DNA of 64,000 nucleotides from Bryobacterales bacterium. Lineage in GTDB: Bacteria; Acidobacteriota; Terriglobia; Bryobacterales; UBA6623. The position numbers were made by a program, and so were the translations under genes. Below, piece after piece: positions 20,015 to 29,671 of this stretch (positions are counted from its first letter, which is position 1; each line of letters opens with the position of its first letter). Location of the stretch: NCBI GenBank assembly GCA_965261065.1, contig OZ253444.1:4710381-4774380 (forward strand). The letters run 5' to 3'. The notes below the pieces were generated by a model. It had not been told where the DNA came from. It worked only from the letters and a program-made list of their open reading frames with translations, and searched no databases.

Positions 20015-20551
20015 CTACCCGCCCTCGGGACGCCGGTCGGGCGGATTGTGTTCGCTGTGAGGAGGAACGTTTAGAACTTCCGAAGGGAAGAACGACACGA
20101 TATAGCTCACGACATCGCGCATGATCACCAGTCCCACCGGACCTCCCGCCGAATCGATCAGGGGGATGTGCCGGTAGCCTCCCTGGACCATGCGATTCAG
20201 GGCGGAAGCGATCGAGTCATGGGGTGCCAGGCATTCCGGGTTGGGAGTCATGAATTCGCGCACGGGCCGGTCGACACTGCCGCCTTCGTAAAGGCGCCGA
20301 ATCAACAAATCGCGCTCGGCTAAAATGCCGACGACCTTGCCGTCTTCAACGATGAGAACAGCTCCAATGCGCCTGCCGGCCATCGTGTCGAGCACGTTGC
20401 CCAGCCGCTCGTCAGGCCCGAAACAAACCGGCGATTTCGGGTAGTTCATGTAACTCACCGGCTGCAGCAGCGCGCGGTTGTCGAGCTGCTTCCGCTTTGG
20501 ACCCTGAGCCTCTTCGTACATCGCCAGATCTTCTTCGTAGCCGTCACTCAT
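20015..20551 (-). CDS. CBS-domain pair protein
   Basis: Start re-assigned to ATG 20551, preceded by GGGAGGTAACG. Two CBS-like repeats are present (RIGAVLIVEDGKVVGILAERDLL; GYRHIPLIDSAGGPVGLVIMRDVVSYI). Confidence 0.75.
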   Translation of the reverse strand: MSDGYEEDLAMYEEAQGPKRKQLDNRALLQPVSYMNYPKSPVCFGPDERLGNVLDTMAGRRIGAVLIVEDGKVVGILAERDLLIRRLYEGGSVDRPVREFMTPNPECLAPHDSIASALNRMVQGGYRHIPLIDSAGGPVGLVIMRDVVSYIVSFFPSEVLNVPPHSEHNPPDRRPEGG

Positions 20552-20714
20552 CGTTACCTCCCATGAAGGCTGACGTGGCGCACGTATTCTTGCGTGCCGT
20601 GTCGCCATTCCTGGCGACATCGTGGCGCGAACACTCCTGTCCGCGCAGCATGGCGAGCATTCGCTCCCCGCCCCGGGACCAACCGAGCGATCCCGTAGAC
20701 ACCGCCGCCATCAA

Positions 20715-21767
20715 CTAATCAACTTCCCAAGTATCGCCCTCCCGCAACAAAGCGTCCAGGTCCTTGACGGTTGCCGCCTGGCCAGCTTCCTGGATCTGAC
20801 GATGAACCGCCCCCTCATAAGTCTCCTGCCGCACCTCCCGAAACACACCAACCGGGGTAGGTAAATCAGGCGGGCCAAGCTGGCTCAAAAGATAGGCCAG
20901 TGAGGGATTCGCAGTCTTCTCGTCGTGGTGCAGCAACTCTTCCTCTGGCACGCCCTTCTCGCCGACAGCGGTCACGACTGGTTCGAGGTTCTTGTCGAGC
21001 CGGATCCCCTTATCGCGGTCTGCCCCGAACACAAGCGGCTTGCCGTGTTCCAAATCGACCTTGTGCTCGGCGGCGCTCTTGCGGTCGGTCACGTCCGCGA
21101 AAGCCCCGTCGTTGAAGATGTTGCAGTTTTGCAGAATCTCTACGAAAGCAGACCCGCGGTGAGCCGCGGCGCGCCCGATGATTTCGCGCAGGTGCGCGCC
21201 GTGAACGTCAACGCCGCGAGCGACGAACGTCGCCTCGGCCGCCAACGCGATCGACACTGGCTGCACGGGACGATCTATTGATCCGTACGGCGAGGTTTTC
21301 GTTTTCTTCCCCACCTCCGACGTCGGCGAGTACTGCCCCTTCGTCAGGCCGTAGATACGGTTGTTGAACAGCAGCACCTTGAGGTCGATGTTTCGCCGCA
21401 TGGCGTGGAGCAGATGATTCCCGCCGATCGAGAGGCCGTCGCCGTCCCCGGTCACGACCCAAACCGAGAGGTCGGGACGGGCGACCTTGAGCCCGGTGGC
21501 AAAGGCCGGCGCGCGTCCGTGGATCGTGTGGAACCCGTAGGTGTTCATGTAATACGGGAAGCGGCTGGCGCAGCCGATTCCCGAGATCACCACCATGTTC
21601 TCGCGCGCAATCCCAAGTTTCGCGAACGACTTCTGCACAGCGTCGAGAATGGCGTAGTCGCCGCATCCCGGACACCACCGCACGGTCTGGTTCGAGACGA
21701 AATCCTTCTTCGCATACTTGGGCGGCTCGGCTATCGTCTGAAGATTGCCGTTCGTCGTCACGCTCAT
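20715..21767 (-). CDS. korB: 2-oxoglutarate:ferredoxin oxidoreductase, beta (TPP-binding) subunit
   Basis: 350 aa containing WCPGCGDYAILDAV, GIGCASRFPYY and VVTGDGDGLSIGGNH. It overlaps the alpha-subunit stop by 4 nt. Confidence 0.85.
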   Translation of the reverse strand: MSVTTNGNLQTIAEPPKYAKKDFVSNQTVRWCPGCGDYAILDAVQKSFAKLGIARENMVVISGIGCASRFPYYMNTYGFHTIHGRAPAFATGLKVARPDLSVWVVTGDGDGLSIGGNHLLHAMRRNIDLKVLLFNNRIYGLTKGQYSPTSEVGKKTKTSPYGSIDRPVQPVSIALAAEATFVARGVDVHGAHLREIIGRAAAHRGSAFVEILQNCNIFNDGAFADVTDRKSAAEHKVDLEHGKPLVFGADRDKGIRLDKNLEPVVTAVGEKGVPEEELLHHDEKTANPSLAYLLSQLGPPDLPTPVGVFREVRQETYEGAVHRQIQEAGQAATVKDLDALLREGDTWEVD

Positions 21768-23161
21768 TGTTGAATACCTTGGACACCGTTCTCGATCGCC
21801 GCGAGAACTTCACTCACGATGAAGGGCTGCCCTTCCACCTTATTGAGACTTAGTGTGTCGATCAGAAAGCGGGCACGCACGAGCATATCGAGCTGCCCCA
21901 TGTTGAGTTCCGCGACCAGAACCTTCGCAAAACGCCCCAGCACGTCCTCCAGGTTCGCCGGAAACGGGTTTAGGTGACGCAAGTGCAGGTGCGAAACCTT
22001 CATCCCGTTCTTTCGCGCGGCTCGGGTCGCCGCGTACAGCGCCCCGTAGGTTCCGCCCCAGCCCAACACCAGCAAATCGCCGGAGTCGTCACCGTAGGGT
22101 ATTGCCGGCGGGATCTTTCTTGCGATGCGGGCCACTTTCTCGGCGCGCAGATTTGTCATGCTCTGGTGATTGGCGGGATCGTAGGAGACATTCCCCTCTC
22201 CGTCGGTGTGCTCGAGACCGCCGATGCGGTGCTCCAGCCCTGGGGTTCCCGGCCGTACCCAAGGCCGGGCAAGCGTGTCCGGATCGCGGACGAACGGGTG
22301 GAAGCCCTCCGGATCGGTCCGGAACCTCACCGGAGTTTCCGGAATATCGGCCGCGCTCGGCACTTTCCAGGGCTCAGATCCGTTCGCAATATACCCGTCG
22401 GAAAGCAGCACCACCGGCAGCATGTGTTCGGTCGCGATCCGCACCGCTTCCAAAGCGGTGTCGAAACAGTCAGCGGCGCTGCACGCGGCAACTACCGCGA
22501 TCGGCGACTCTCCATTGCGGCCAAAGAGGGCTTGCAGCAAGTCGGCTTGCTCCGTTTTCGTGGGCAGGCCCGTGCTGGGACCCCCTCGCTGAACATCCAC
22601 TACGACGATCGGCAGCTCTGTTGTGATCGCCAATCCCATGGCTTCGGCCTTGAGAGCCAGCCCCGGGCCACTTGTCATCGTTAGGCCGATGTGGCCTCCA
22701 AACGCAGCGCCAATCGCCGCGCACACGGCGGCCATTTCGTCCTCCGCCTGCACGGTGACGACACCTTGCGGCTTCAATCGCGCCAGCTCGGCCAGAATGT
22801 CCGAAGCCGGCGTGATGGGATAGGACGCCACGAACAACGGCACGCCGGTCTTCACGGATGCGGCGTAGAACCCGAGCGCCAAGGCCTTGCTGCCCGTAAT
22901 GCTGCGATAGAACCCGCGCTCCTGCGGGGCGGCGGGAACTTCGTATTGCGTTTGGAAAAGCTCGCTCGCCTGTGCGTAGGCGTAGCCGGCGTGAAGCGCC
23001 GTCAGGTTGGCCTCGACCACATCGGGGATTTTCGCAAACTGCTTCCGGATCCAGCGCTCGGTGGCGTCCATCGGCCGTGAGTAGAGCCAATACATGATGC
23101 CCAGCGCGTAGAAATTCTTGGAACGCTGCTTCGCCCGGTTCTGCAGGGGCGAGTCTTTCAG
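21764..23161 (-). pseudogene. korA: 2-oxoglutarate:ferredoxin oxidoreductase alpha subunit, 5'-truncated by IS1380 copy 2
   Basis: KorA-like sequence starts at ..KDSPLQNRAKQRSKNFYALGIMYWLY.. immediately at the IS end (23162). I estimate roughly 150-200 N-terminal codons are missing. They are not found on the other side of the IS. The first ~30 residues of the track ORF are IS-end read-through. Confidence 0.8.
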
Positions 23162-24827
23162 CCAGGATTTCCATTTTGGCCCTGGCACGGTCACAGGATA
23201 CACCCCCGCTGCGCCGAATACCACGTCTTTTCGCGCTGAACCCTGCACATCACCTCCGCCGGTAGGCGCCAGGGCTCGTCCGTCCGCTCACAGACGTTGA
23301 TTGAGCGGACTGAACGGCGCTCCGGCCGACACTGCTCCCTGCGAAACCTTTTTGGAGCCAAAAACTGTTGATCCTCGCCCGGGCAACGCTACCCACCCGG
23401 CACAGGCAGCGCCCAGATCCTATGCAGCATGTCACCGAACAGCCGCCGGTTCAGATGCCCCTCCGCCAGCAGCAACCAGTAGTAGCGAGCATGCTTGACC
23501 AGCCGACCGCCGGTCTTCATCAACCTGTGTTGCAAACTCGTTAGCGACCAGCTTTTGATTCGCTGCGGCAGCCCTAGCCGCCGCCACAGGTTGCCCAGGT
23601 TGTAGGCCAGCACGCTGAGTTGCAGCCGTACCTCGTTGGCTCGGAAGCGGTGACACGACAAGCGGGTCCAGTGCGTGGCCTGTTTGCCTTCTTTGATCCA
23701 CTGCTCCGCCGTGCCGCGCTTGTTGTAGAACCGCACGACCGAGCGGCTCGGCAAGCTCATGCTCGTCACGACAAATCCGACGCGCGGGAATAGTTCGCCC
23801 TGGTGATGCTCGACCTTGGCGACAACTCGCCTTGCCTTCGACCAGCTCTCGGCCTGATAGCGAAAACTCTTGTAGCGCACTAGGGGCTTGGCGTTCGGCC
23901 TGCCCGGTGGCCGAAACAGGATGTCCTCGATCTCCAGCTCCAGGCTCTTGTTCGCCGGGATGCGAATCACGTAGTCCACGCCGCGCTCCTCCATCGCCTC
24001 GTAGATCTCGGGCTTGGCGAAGGCGGCGTCGGCGCGGAACGTCACCTGTTTGCCCTCCGCCTGTTGTCGTTCGATCTCCGGCAGTAGCAGCTCGTCCCAG
24101 TCCTCGGCGCTGTGCACGTTGCCGGGACGCAGCTTCGCGCCTAGGCAGTCGCCGTGCTGGTTGAACAGCAACAGCGGGTGATAGCAGAGGGACTCAAAAT
24201 GGCCGTTGTAGGCACTGCCTTCCTGTTGGCCGTGGACGGGGCTCTCCGTGGAGTCCATGTCGAGCACCACGCGGTCTGAACCGTCGGGAGCTTCGGCTTG
24301 CGCGACCAGCTCCCGGTTCACTGCCATCAGCCCCAGCAAGTTCTCTTCGCTCGCCAGCATCTCCGTCTCGAAGCCATGCAGCGTCGAGGTCAAGGCTGCT
24401 CCGCGATCCCAGTTCCTCTTCGAGCCGATCAAGCGAAAGGTCGGATCGGCGGATACTCGAACGGCGTCATTGAGGTCCTCGTAGCCAGCGAGTCGGCTGT
24501 AGACCGACTGCCGCAGCAGATCGGCCAGCGCGAACTTCTTGTTCAAGCCTTGTCGCGAGTCGCTGAGATGCTCGTCGATCAGCTTCCCGAGTCCGAGTCG
24601 TTCATCCAGTTCGCGAACGAGAATCAGACCGCCATCCGAGGTGACTCGCGATCCTTGGAAATCGACTTTGAGAAATCCATTGAACGTGAGCTGAAACGGC
24701 TTGTTTTCTTTTTCACCCATCGGGTGTTGACCTCCATGGCATCCTTATCGGGCTCTAGCCCCTATCAATAAAGACGCTGAAGGTCGCTGGATGGTCTGAA
24801 GCTTATACATCAAATTGAAAATGCGGG
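23162..24827 (-). mobile_element. IS1380-family insertion sequence, copy 2 (1666 bp, divergent, inverted)
   Basis: Same terminal motifs as copies 1 and 3. The transposase is about 90% identical to them by eye. The flanking pentamers differ (ttcag at 23157-23161, ttaag at 24828-24832), and the flanking genes are unrelated truncated genes. Confidence 0.85.
23389..24720 (-). CDS. IS1380-family DDE transposase (divergent copy)
   Basis: 443 aa, collinear with 18049..19380 with scattered substitutions. Confidence 0.85.
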   Translation of the reverse strand: MGEKENKPFQLTFNGFLKVDFQGSRVTSDGGLILVRELDERLGLGKLIDEHLSDSRQGLNKKFALADLLRQSVYSRLAGYEDLNDAVRVSADPTFRLIGSKRNWDRGAALTSTLHGFETEMLASEENLLGLMAVNRELVAQAEAPDGSDRVVLDMDSTESPVHGQQEGSAYNGHFESLCYHPLLLFNQHGDCLGAKLRPGNVHSAEDWDELLLPEIERQQAEGKQVTFRADAAFAKPEIYEAMEERGVDYVIRIPANKSLELEIEDILFRPPGRPNAKPLVRYKSFRYQAESWSKARRVVAKVEHHQGELFPRVGFVVTSMSLPSRSVVRFYNKRGTAEQWIKEGKQATHWTRLSCHRFRANEVRLQLSVLAYNLGNLWRRLGLPQRIKSWSLTSLQHRLMKTGGRLVKHARYYWLLLAEGHLNRRLFGDMLHRIWALPVPGG

Positions 24828-26047
24828 TTAAGAGGTATGGCGGCTTGGGCCTCTTTCTCATGGGAATTGAACACGAAAGCGAACCCACGTCCGTCTTCAC
24901 CTAAACGAAGATAGCTGTCACACCACTCCTCCCCCCGCTTGTAAGACGAAAAGGTAGCTCGTTCGGTATCATTACCGCCTACCGCTATGGAGCGGGCCAC
25001 TGGCCAGTCCGGTAAGAAGATCGCCTGCCGCTGCATCAGGCTTCCATGTTTTCGGGCCCAATCATACCAGTGCCGAACACGCCTTCGCTCGTCCGGCGTG
25101 CGCCCAATGCCATAGACAATATGCGTGTTGGAAACGGCAAGCGCACTGAGCATCAGGTAGTCGGGATCGTCTTTCCCAGGCCGAAAATAAAGCTGGTCCA
25201 AGTAGCTTGGAACGAAATGGTAGAAGTGGCGGATGCGAGAGCGGTAGCGAATGTCATCACCTGTTTCACAAGCGTTCTCACTCAACGTGAACACACTGTC
25301 CACGTATCGCGCATCCCATATCCCCGCGTCCATGTTGGGCCGAGCCGCTTCCAAGTGGAAATCCGGTCCGAATTCTTTGCGCAGGGTTTGGAACAGTTGC
25401 CTGCGGGCGACGAAATATCCATAGCCGGCGTCGCCGGGCAAATGATCGTGTCCCTCCGCGTCACAGGGCAGCCCGGTGCGCGGGTACGGAGGGCCTTCAT
25501 CGAGAGCGTAGCCTCCGTACCCGTCCCGCCGCACAAGCGCAACCAGCAGACGGGTGAACCACTCCATGAAGGGTCGATTGGCGGGGCAGTTGTATTCCAC
25601 ATCTTCGTGGCGCCCCCACCAAACCTCGTGTTTGGGACAGTAACGATGAAGCCCCTGCCACGGGCAAATCCCCTTGATCGGGGCCTAGGTGTGCATGCCA
25701 ATGCGGTTCTGTTTCGCCCAAGCGAGCATTTCACGCTGTCGCGGCGAAGCAGGCGGCTCGGTCTGCTCCGGACCGACTGCGGGCATGTCGTACCCCAAGC
25801 CTCCCCACGGGATCGTCGTGTTCGAATAAAACTCCCCGAATTGCTCTTTCGCCAGCCGTAGGACCTTCTTGTCCTGCTCTACATCTTCCGGGCCGGCGCC
25901 TTTGCCGTAGCCTTTCTTGGAGAGTCCGCCCATCCAAGAGTTGTAGTTGATCGTGACGGCATGGGACCGCGGCTTCGTCAGCCGCAAAACCATCTCGAGC
26001 ATCGCCTGGGACTCTCCCAAGTCGGGCGGCAGGGCCGAATTCCGGCA

Positions 26048-27078
26048 GCTGAGTATCCACTTGACTCAGGTGACCCCAAGATGTAGTGTAGGGCTTGGTG
26101 GAGGATTACCCGCGCGACCAACTCGAATTCGAGTCTCACTTTGCGAGCGAGGAGGCTTGCCGCGACTATCTGTTCGCCTTGCGCTGGCCAGAGGGTTTCC
26201 GCTGTCCAAGGTGTGGGCATGAGCGCGCTTGGCCGGTGCGCAAAGTGTGGTTCGAATGCGCTCGCTGCGGGCGGCAAACCTCCGTCACCGCCGGCACGAT
26301 CTTTCAAGACACACGCAAGCCGCTGCGGCTGTGGTTCCGGGCGATGTGGACCATCACCACGCAGAAGAATGGGGCCAGCGCCCTGGGCCTACAGCGCGTT
26401 CTGGGACTGGGCAGTTACCAAACCGCCTGGCCTTGGATGCACAAGCTGAGGCGAGCGATGGTGCGCCCGGGGCGGGAGCGATTGACGGGCCTCGTCGAGG
26501 TCGATGAGACCTACTGGGGCGCTGAAGAAGAAGGGGTAATCGGCCGGCAGACCGAGCGTAAAGCGTTGATTGCAGTCGCCGCGGAAGAGAGAGGCACCGG
26601 GCTGGGGCGCATCCGCATGCAGCGCGTTCAGAACGCCTCGGCGGCCAGTTTGATGCCCTTCGTCGAGGAGTCGGTCGAGCCGGGCAGCGTGGTTGTTACC
26701 GACAACTGGTCGGGCTACGATCCGCTCAAGAAGAAGGACTACCAGCGTCGTATCATCTCGATTAACAACCGCCGCGAGCAGGCCTCGCAGCTACTGCCGA
26801 GGGTGCACTTGGCGATCTCGCTACTCAAGCGCTGGATGCTGGGCACGCATCAGGGGGCGGTCAGCCACGAGCATCTGGACTACTATCTCGACGAGTTCGT
26901 GTTCCGCTTCAATCGGCGCAGATCACGCAGTCGGGGCAAGCTCTTCTACCGCCTTGTGCAGCAGGCCATGGCGGTGGAGCCGACGCCGTACCGCTCGATC
27001 GTCGCCGATTGGGACGCTAAGACGCTGTGAGCCCAACTACAAGATGTTGGGGTCACCTGAGTCAAGTGGATACCCTGC
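26048..27078 (+). mobile_element. IS1595-family (ISXO2-like) insertion sequence, copy A (1031 bp) with 8-bp TSD ttccggca
   Basis: The ends are gctgagtatccacttgactcaggtgaccccaa (left) and the inverted gcagggtatccacttgactcaggtgaccccaa (right). ttccggca lies at 26040-26047 and 27079-27086. Confidence 0.9.
26095..27030 (+). CDS. IS1595-family transposase
   Basis: 311 aa. The N-terminal zinc ribbon (RCPRCGHERAWPVRKVWFECARCGRQTS) and the block EVDETYWG..VVTDNWSGY are typical of ISXO2-like/IS1595 transposases. Confidence 0.85.
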   Translation: MVEDYPRDQLEFESHFASEEACRDYLFALRWPEGFRCPRCGHERAWPVRKVWFECARCGRQTSVTAGTIFQDTRKPLRLWFRAMWTITTQKNGASALGLQRVLGLGSYQTAWPWMHKLRRAMVRPGRERLTGLVEVDETYWGAEEEGVIGRQTERKALIAVAAEERGTGLGRIRMQRVQNASAASLMPFVEESVEPGSVVVTDNWSGYDPLKKKDYQRRIISINNRREQASQLLPRVHLAISLLKRWMLGTHQGAVSHEHLDYYLDEFVFRFNRRRSRSRGKLFYRLVQQAMAVEPTPYRSIVADWDAKTL

Positions 27079-28112
27079 TTCCGGCATTCATCGAAATATT
27101 CGGGAACCTGTGGTGCCAGCTTCCCCGTGCGCCGGTAGACACCCCAGAAGGCGGGCTCGGCCGTGTACGCCTCGCTGCCCCGGTAGCGATAGTTCACCGG
27201 GTAGTCAAGCTGAATCGAGCCGTCCGGATCAGCAACGTCCACTTCCAGGGGCACTTGCACACCGAAGAAGAAGCCTCCCTTCGCACGGCGTACAAAATTG
27301 GTGACGCTACGGCCGTGGTGGAAGGGCAACAGCTCCCGCGGACGCGAGGAAAAGCGAAACTGCTGAACCGAAACGCGCCGCAGTAAGTACGGCTCGACGA
27401 AGCCAGGCTCAAAACGAACGCTCTTCTGAAAAAAATGCTCGTTCGCCCCCAGGCTGTATTCGACAGTCACGCGTCCGGACTCGCAACGGTAGTGCAAGGT
27501 TCGCACGTCGCTAGGCCCGGCTGACCGGTTTTGTTTCGCAGTCCCCGGCGTGCAGTCACGAGCGTCGATGATGGTCGCCGGCTCGGCCCCAACGAGACTC
27601 GTGAGCCGCTGCTTTTCGGTGAGCTTGACTAGCTCCAAGCGGAATGAGGATTCCGGAACCAGATCAAGGCGTTCCTTGGTCCGCCGGTTGACGATTTCCC
27701 GGGGCTCATGCGTCTTGGCATCAAATCGGACTTCGAGCTTGCTGGAAGCCATGACGCCTGGGATCGGCGGGCTCTCCTCCGCTGCCGGCGCGCTAGCCGC
27801 AGCCAGCAGGAACATTGCCCCAAAGGTAAAGGTTCGTTTCACTCGCTATCTCCGAGCCATTCCCTCTGGACCGTGAGGAAATGCAATCTGCTGATCATCT
27901 TCGGGTCTTCGCAAAGAGATCTATTCCGGCCGGGGCGCCGCAGACGACCATCCAGATCACATTCTACGCCGACGTCCAGTTACGGCGCGCCACCATCCAG
28001 GAACAGTGGCGAGCGCGGTCAATCTCCGAGATTCCGGCTACATGGCCACGTGGACGAGCTGGTTCGACGCTACGCCGTCAGGGAGTCGACCCGCGGTGAT
28101 CTTTCACCGGTC

Positions 28113-29150
28113 TCATTGTGACCACACCGCACATGCGATGCGCCACACACCTCGCTGATCTTGGGACGTGCCGTCGCACGCCTCGTAGAACATGCGAAAA
28201 CCGGCGGCATGGCTGTCCGGATTCCAAACGACACACATCTCAGAACACTTGGCCGCGTCCCAGGCTCTCGACCCCGGCGAATGAACCGGTTCCAGGACCT
28301 TCTCCCAGCTCAAGCCATCCCGAGACACGGCCGTGAGGATGTCGGCTCGCTTCGAGTCGCGGTATCCCGCGTAGTACATGCGATAGGTGCGATCGGGCAG
28401 CCGAATGATTTCGGGCGCGAATGCCGTCAACTTGTCATGACGAGTGCCCGGGGCGACACGGATGCCGGTGTCCAACTCGAAGGCGAGACCGTCTTCGGAC
28501 ACGGCGCTGATGATCCCGCGGCCACTCTCATGGCAGTACAAACGACAACGTCCATCATCGAGGAAGACGCTGCGCGGGGCCGACACGTTGTGTCCGCTTC
28601 GCTTCAGCCGCTTGCCCGGCTCGACGGCCCAATCCAGCCCATCGTCGGACACGGCGCTACGGATGGAGTTTTGCTGCGACTGGGTTCCGTTGCAGCATTC
28701 GTAGTACATGCGGAGCCGCCCATTGCCCTCGAGCACGGGAACAACTTCGGACGACACGATGCGAAAGTCCCCGGCGCCGCCCTGCCGCGGTGAAAGGCGC
28801 ACGCCGGGTTCGGGTTCCCAGGTCACGCCATCGGACGAAGTCGCGCTGAGGATTCGCGATGTGGCGTTGTCGTAATCATTCGCGCCGGCCGCGAACCCGG
28901 CACGAGGCAGGATCTGCGTGTAGTACATTCGATACGCACCGTCAGGCAATGCAACAACGCGTGGGGAGACGGCCCCGCATAATCCGCTGCGCGCCGCTTC
29001 TGCCGGCCACCGCGCATCAGGCAACGGATCGCTGTCGCTGTCGGGCGGAGCGTCGATGGCAATGGACTCGCTGGTCCAGTTCACGCCTGGATCAGTCGGA
29101 GCGGTGTGCACCAGCGGGGATGCTGTGGCGGATTGTGTCAGGTCGATCAT
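28113..29150 (-). CDS. five-bladed beta-propeller glycosidase-like protein (GH32/43/130-like fold; family not assigned)
   Basis: 345 aa with repeated blade motifs: SSDGVTWEPEPG, SDDGLDWAVEPG, SEDGLAFELD, SRDGLSWEKV. R(M/L)YY is recurrent. Confidence 0.5.
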   Translation of the reverse strand: MIDLTQSATASPLVHTAPTDPGVNWTSESIAIDAPPDSDSDPLPDARWPAEAARSGLCGAVSPRVVALPDGAYRMYYTQILPRAGFAAGANDYDNATSRILSATSSDGVTWEPEPGVRLSPRQGGAGDFRIVSSEVVPVLEGNGRLRMYYECCNGTQSQQNSIRSAVSDDGLDWAVEPGKRLKRSGHNVSAPRSVFLDDGRCRLYCHESGRGIISAVSEDGLAFELDTGIRVAPGTRHDKLTAFAPEIIRLPDRTYRMYYAGYRDSKRADILTAVSRDGLSWEKVLEPVHSPGSRAWDAAKCSEMCVVWNPDSHAAGFRMFYEACDGTSQDQRGVWRIACAVWSQ

Positions 29151-29671
29151 GATTTCCAGGAAGCTGTCGTTCGCAATTCGTGGCTACGCTCACCAGAGCG
29201 CGGAGTGTTCGCACCGGACCGTCCGGCGACCGCAGCTACCGACTTGGCGGCGAGTCAACAAACTGGAACGCGAAGAGACTCGCCTGGCGCATTCGAAATC
29301 GGAGTCGAATCGGAATTGTAACGCCAACCGAGAAGCATCCATCATGAAACACTTCGTGAAAATCGCCTTGAGTCTGACAGCGTTTTGCCTCACCGAGGGC
29401 GCGGGAGCATACATTGCGGAGCCATGAGGACGGAAACAGGACGACACATTCCGTCTGGTCGGCAATCCGGGACAAGTGTCGCTCTCGCCGTGACGCCCTA
29501 ACCGATTTCTGGAGCGTCTTTCAACTACGAAGTGCGGCTAAATCCTCCCTTGCCGTTAGTGCCGTATCGGGGCTGCCTCGGAGCACGAAGGTTGGAGAGA
29601 AGGCGAGGAAGCCGGGGCCGAGGCAGTTTCGATAGGGCGACTTGAAGGAAGCCGCTGGGCGGGGCGGGCGG

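Larger units (their letters stand above)
24828..27842 (-). pseudogene. secreted protein of unknown function with three lesions (IS1595 insertion, in-frame TAG, 3' truncation by IS1380)
   Basis: The signal peptide MKRTFTFGAMFLLAAASAPAAE is at 27842. Removing 26048-27078 plus one TSD copy rejoins ..FDECR|NSALPPDLGESQAMLEM.. in frame. TAG at 25685-25687 separates two same-frame ORFs. The ORF runs into the IS1380 end at 24828. Confidence 0.7.

Noticed and set aside
29344-29427. A 27-codon ORF (MKHFVKIALSLTAFCLTEGAGAYIAEP) resembling a signal peptide or small secreted peptide, in the AT-richer spacer downstream of the beta-propeller gene.
   Set aside because: It is too short, has no convincing RBS, shows no conservation I can assess, and lies in a region that is probably IS/integrase-associated debris.
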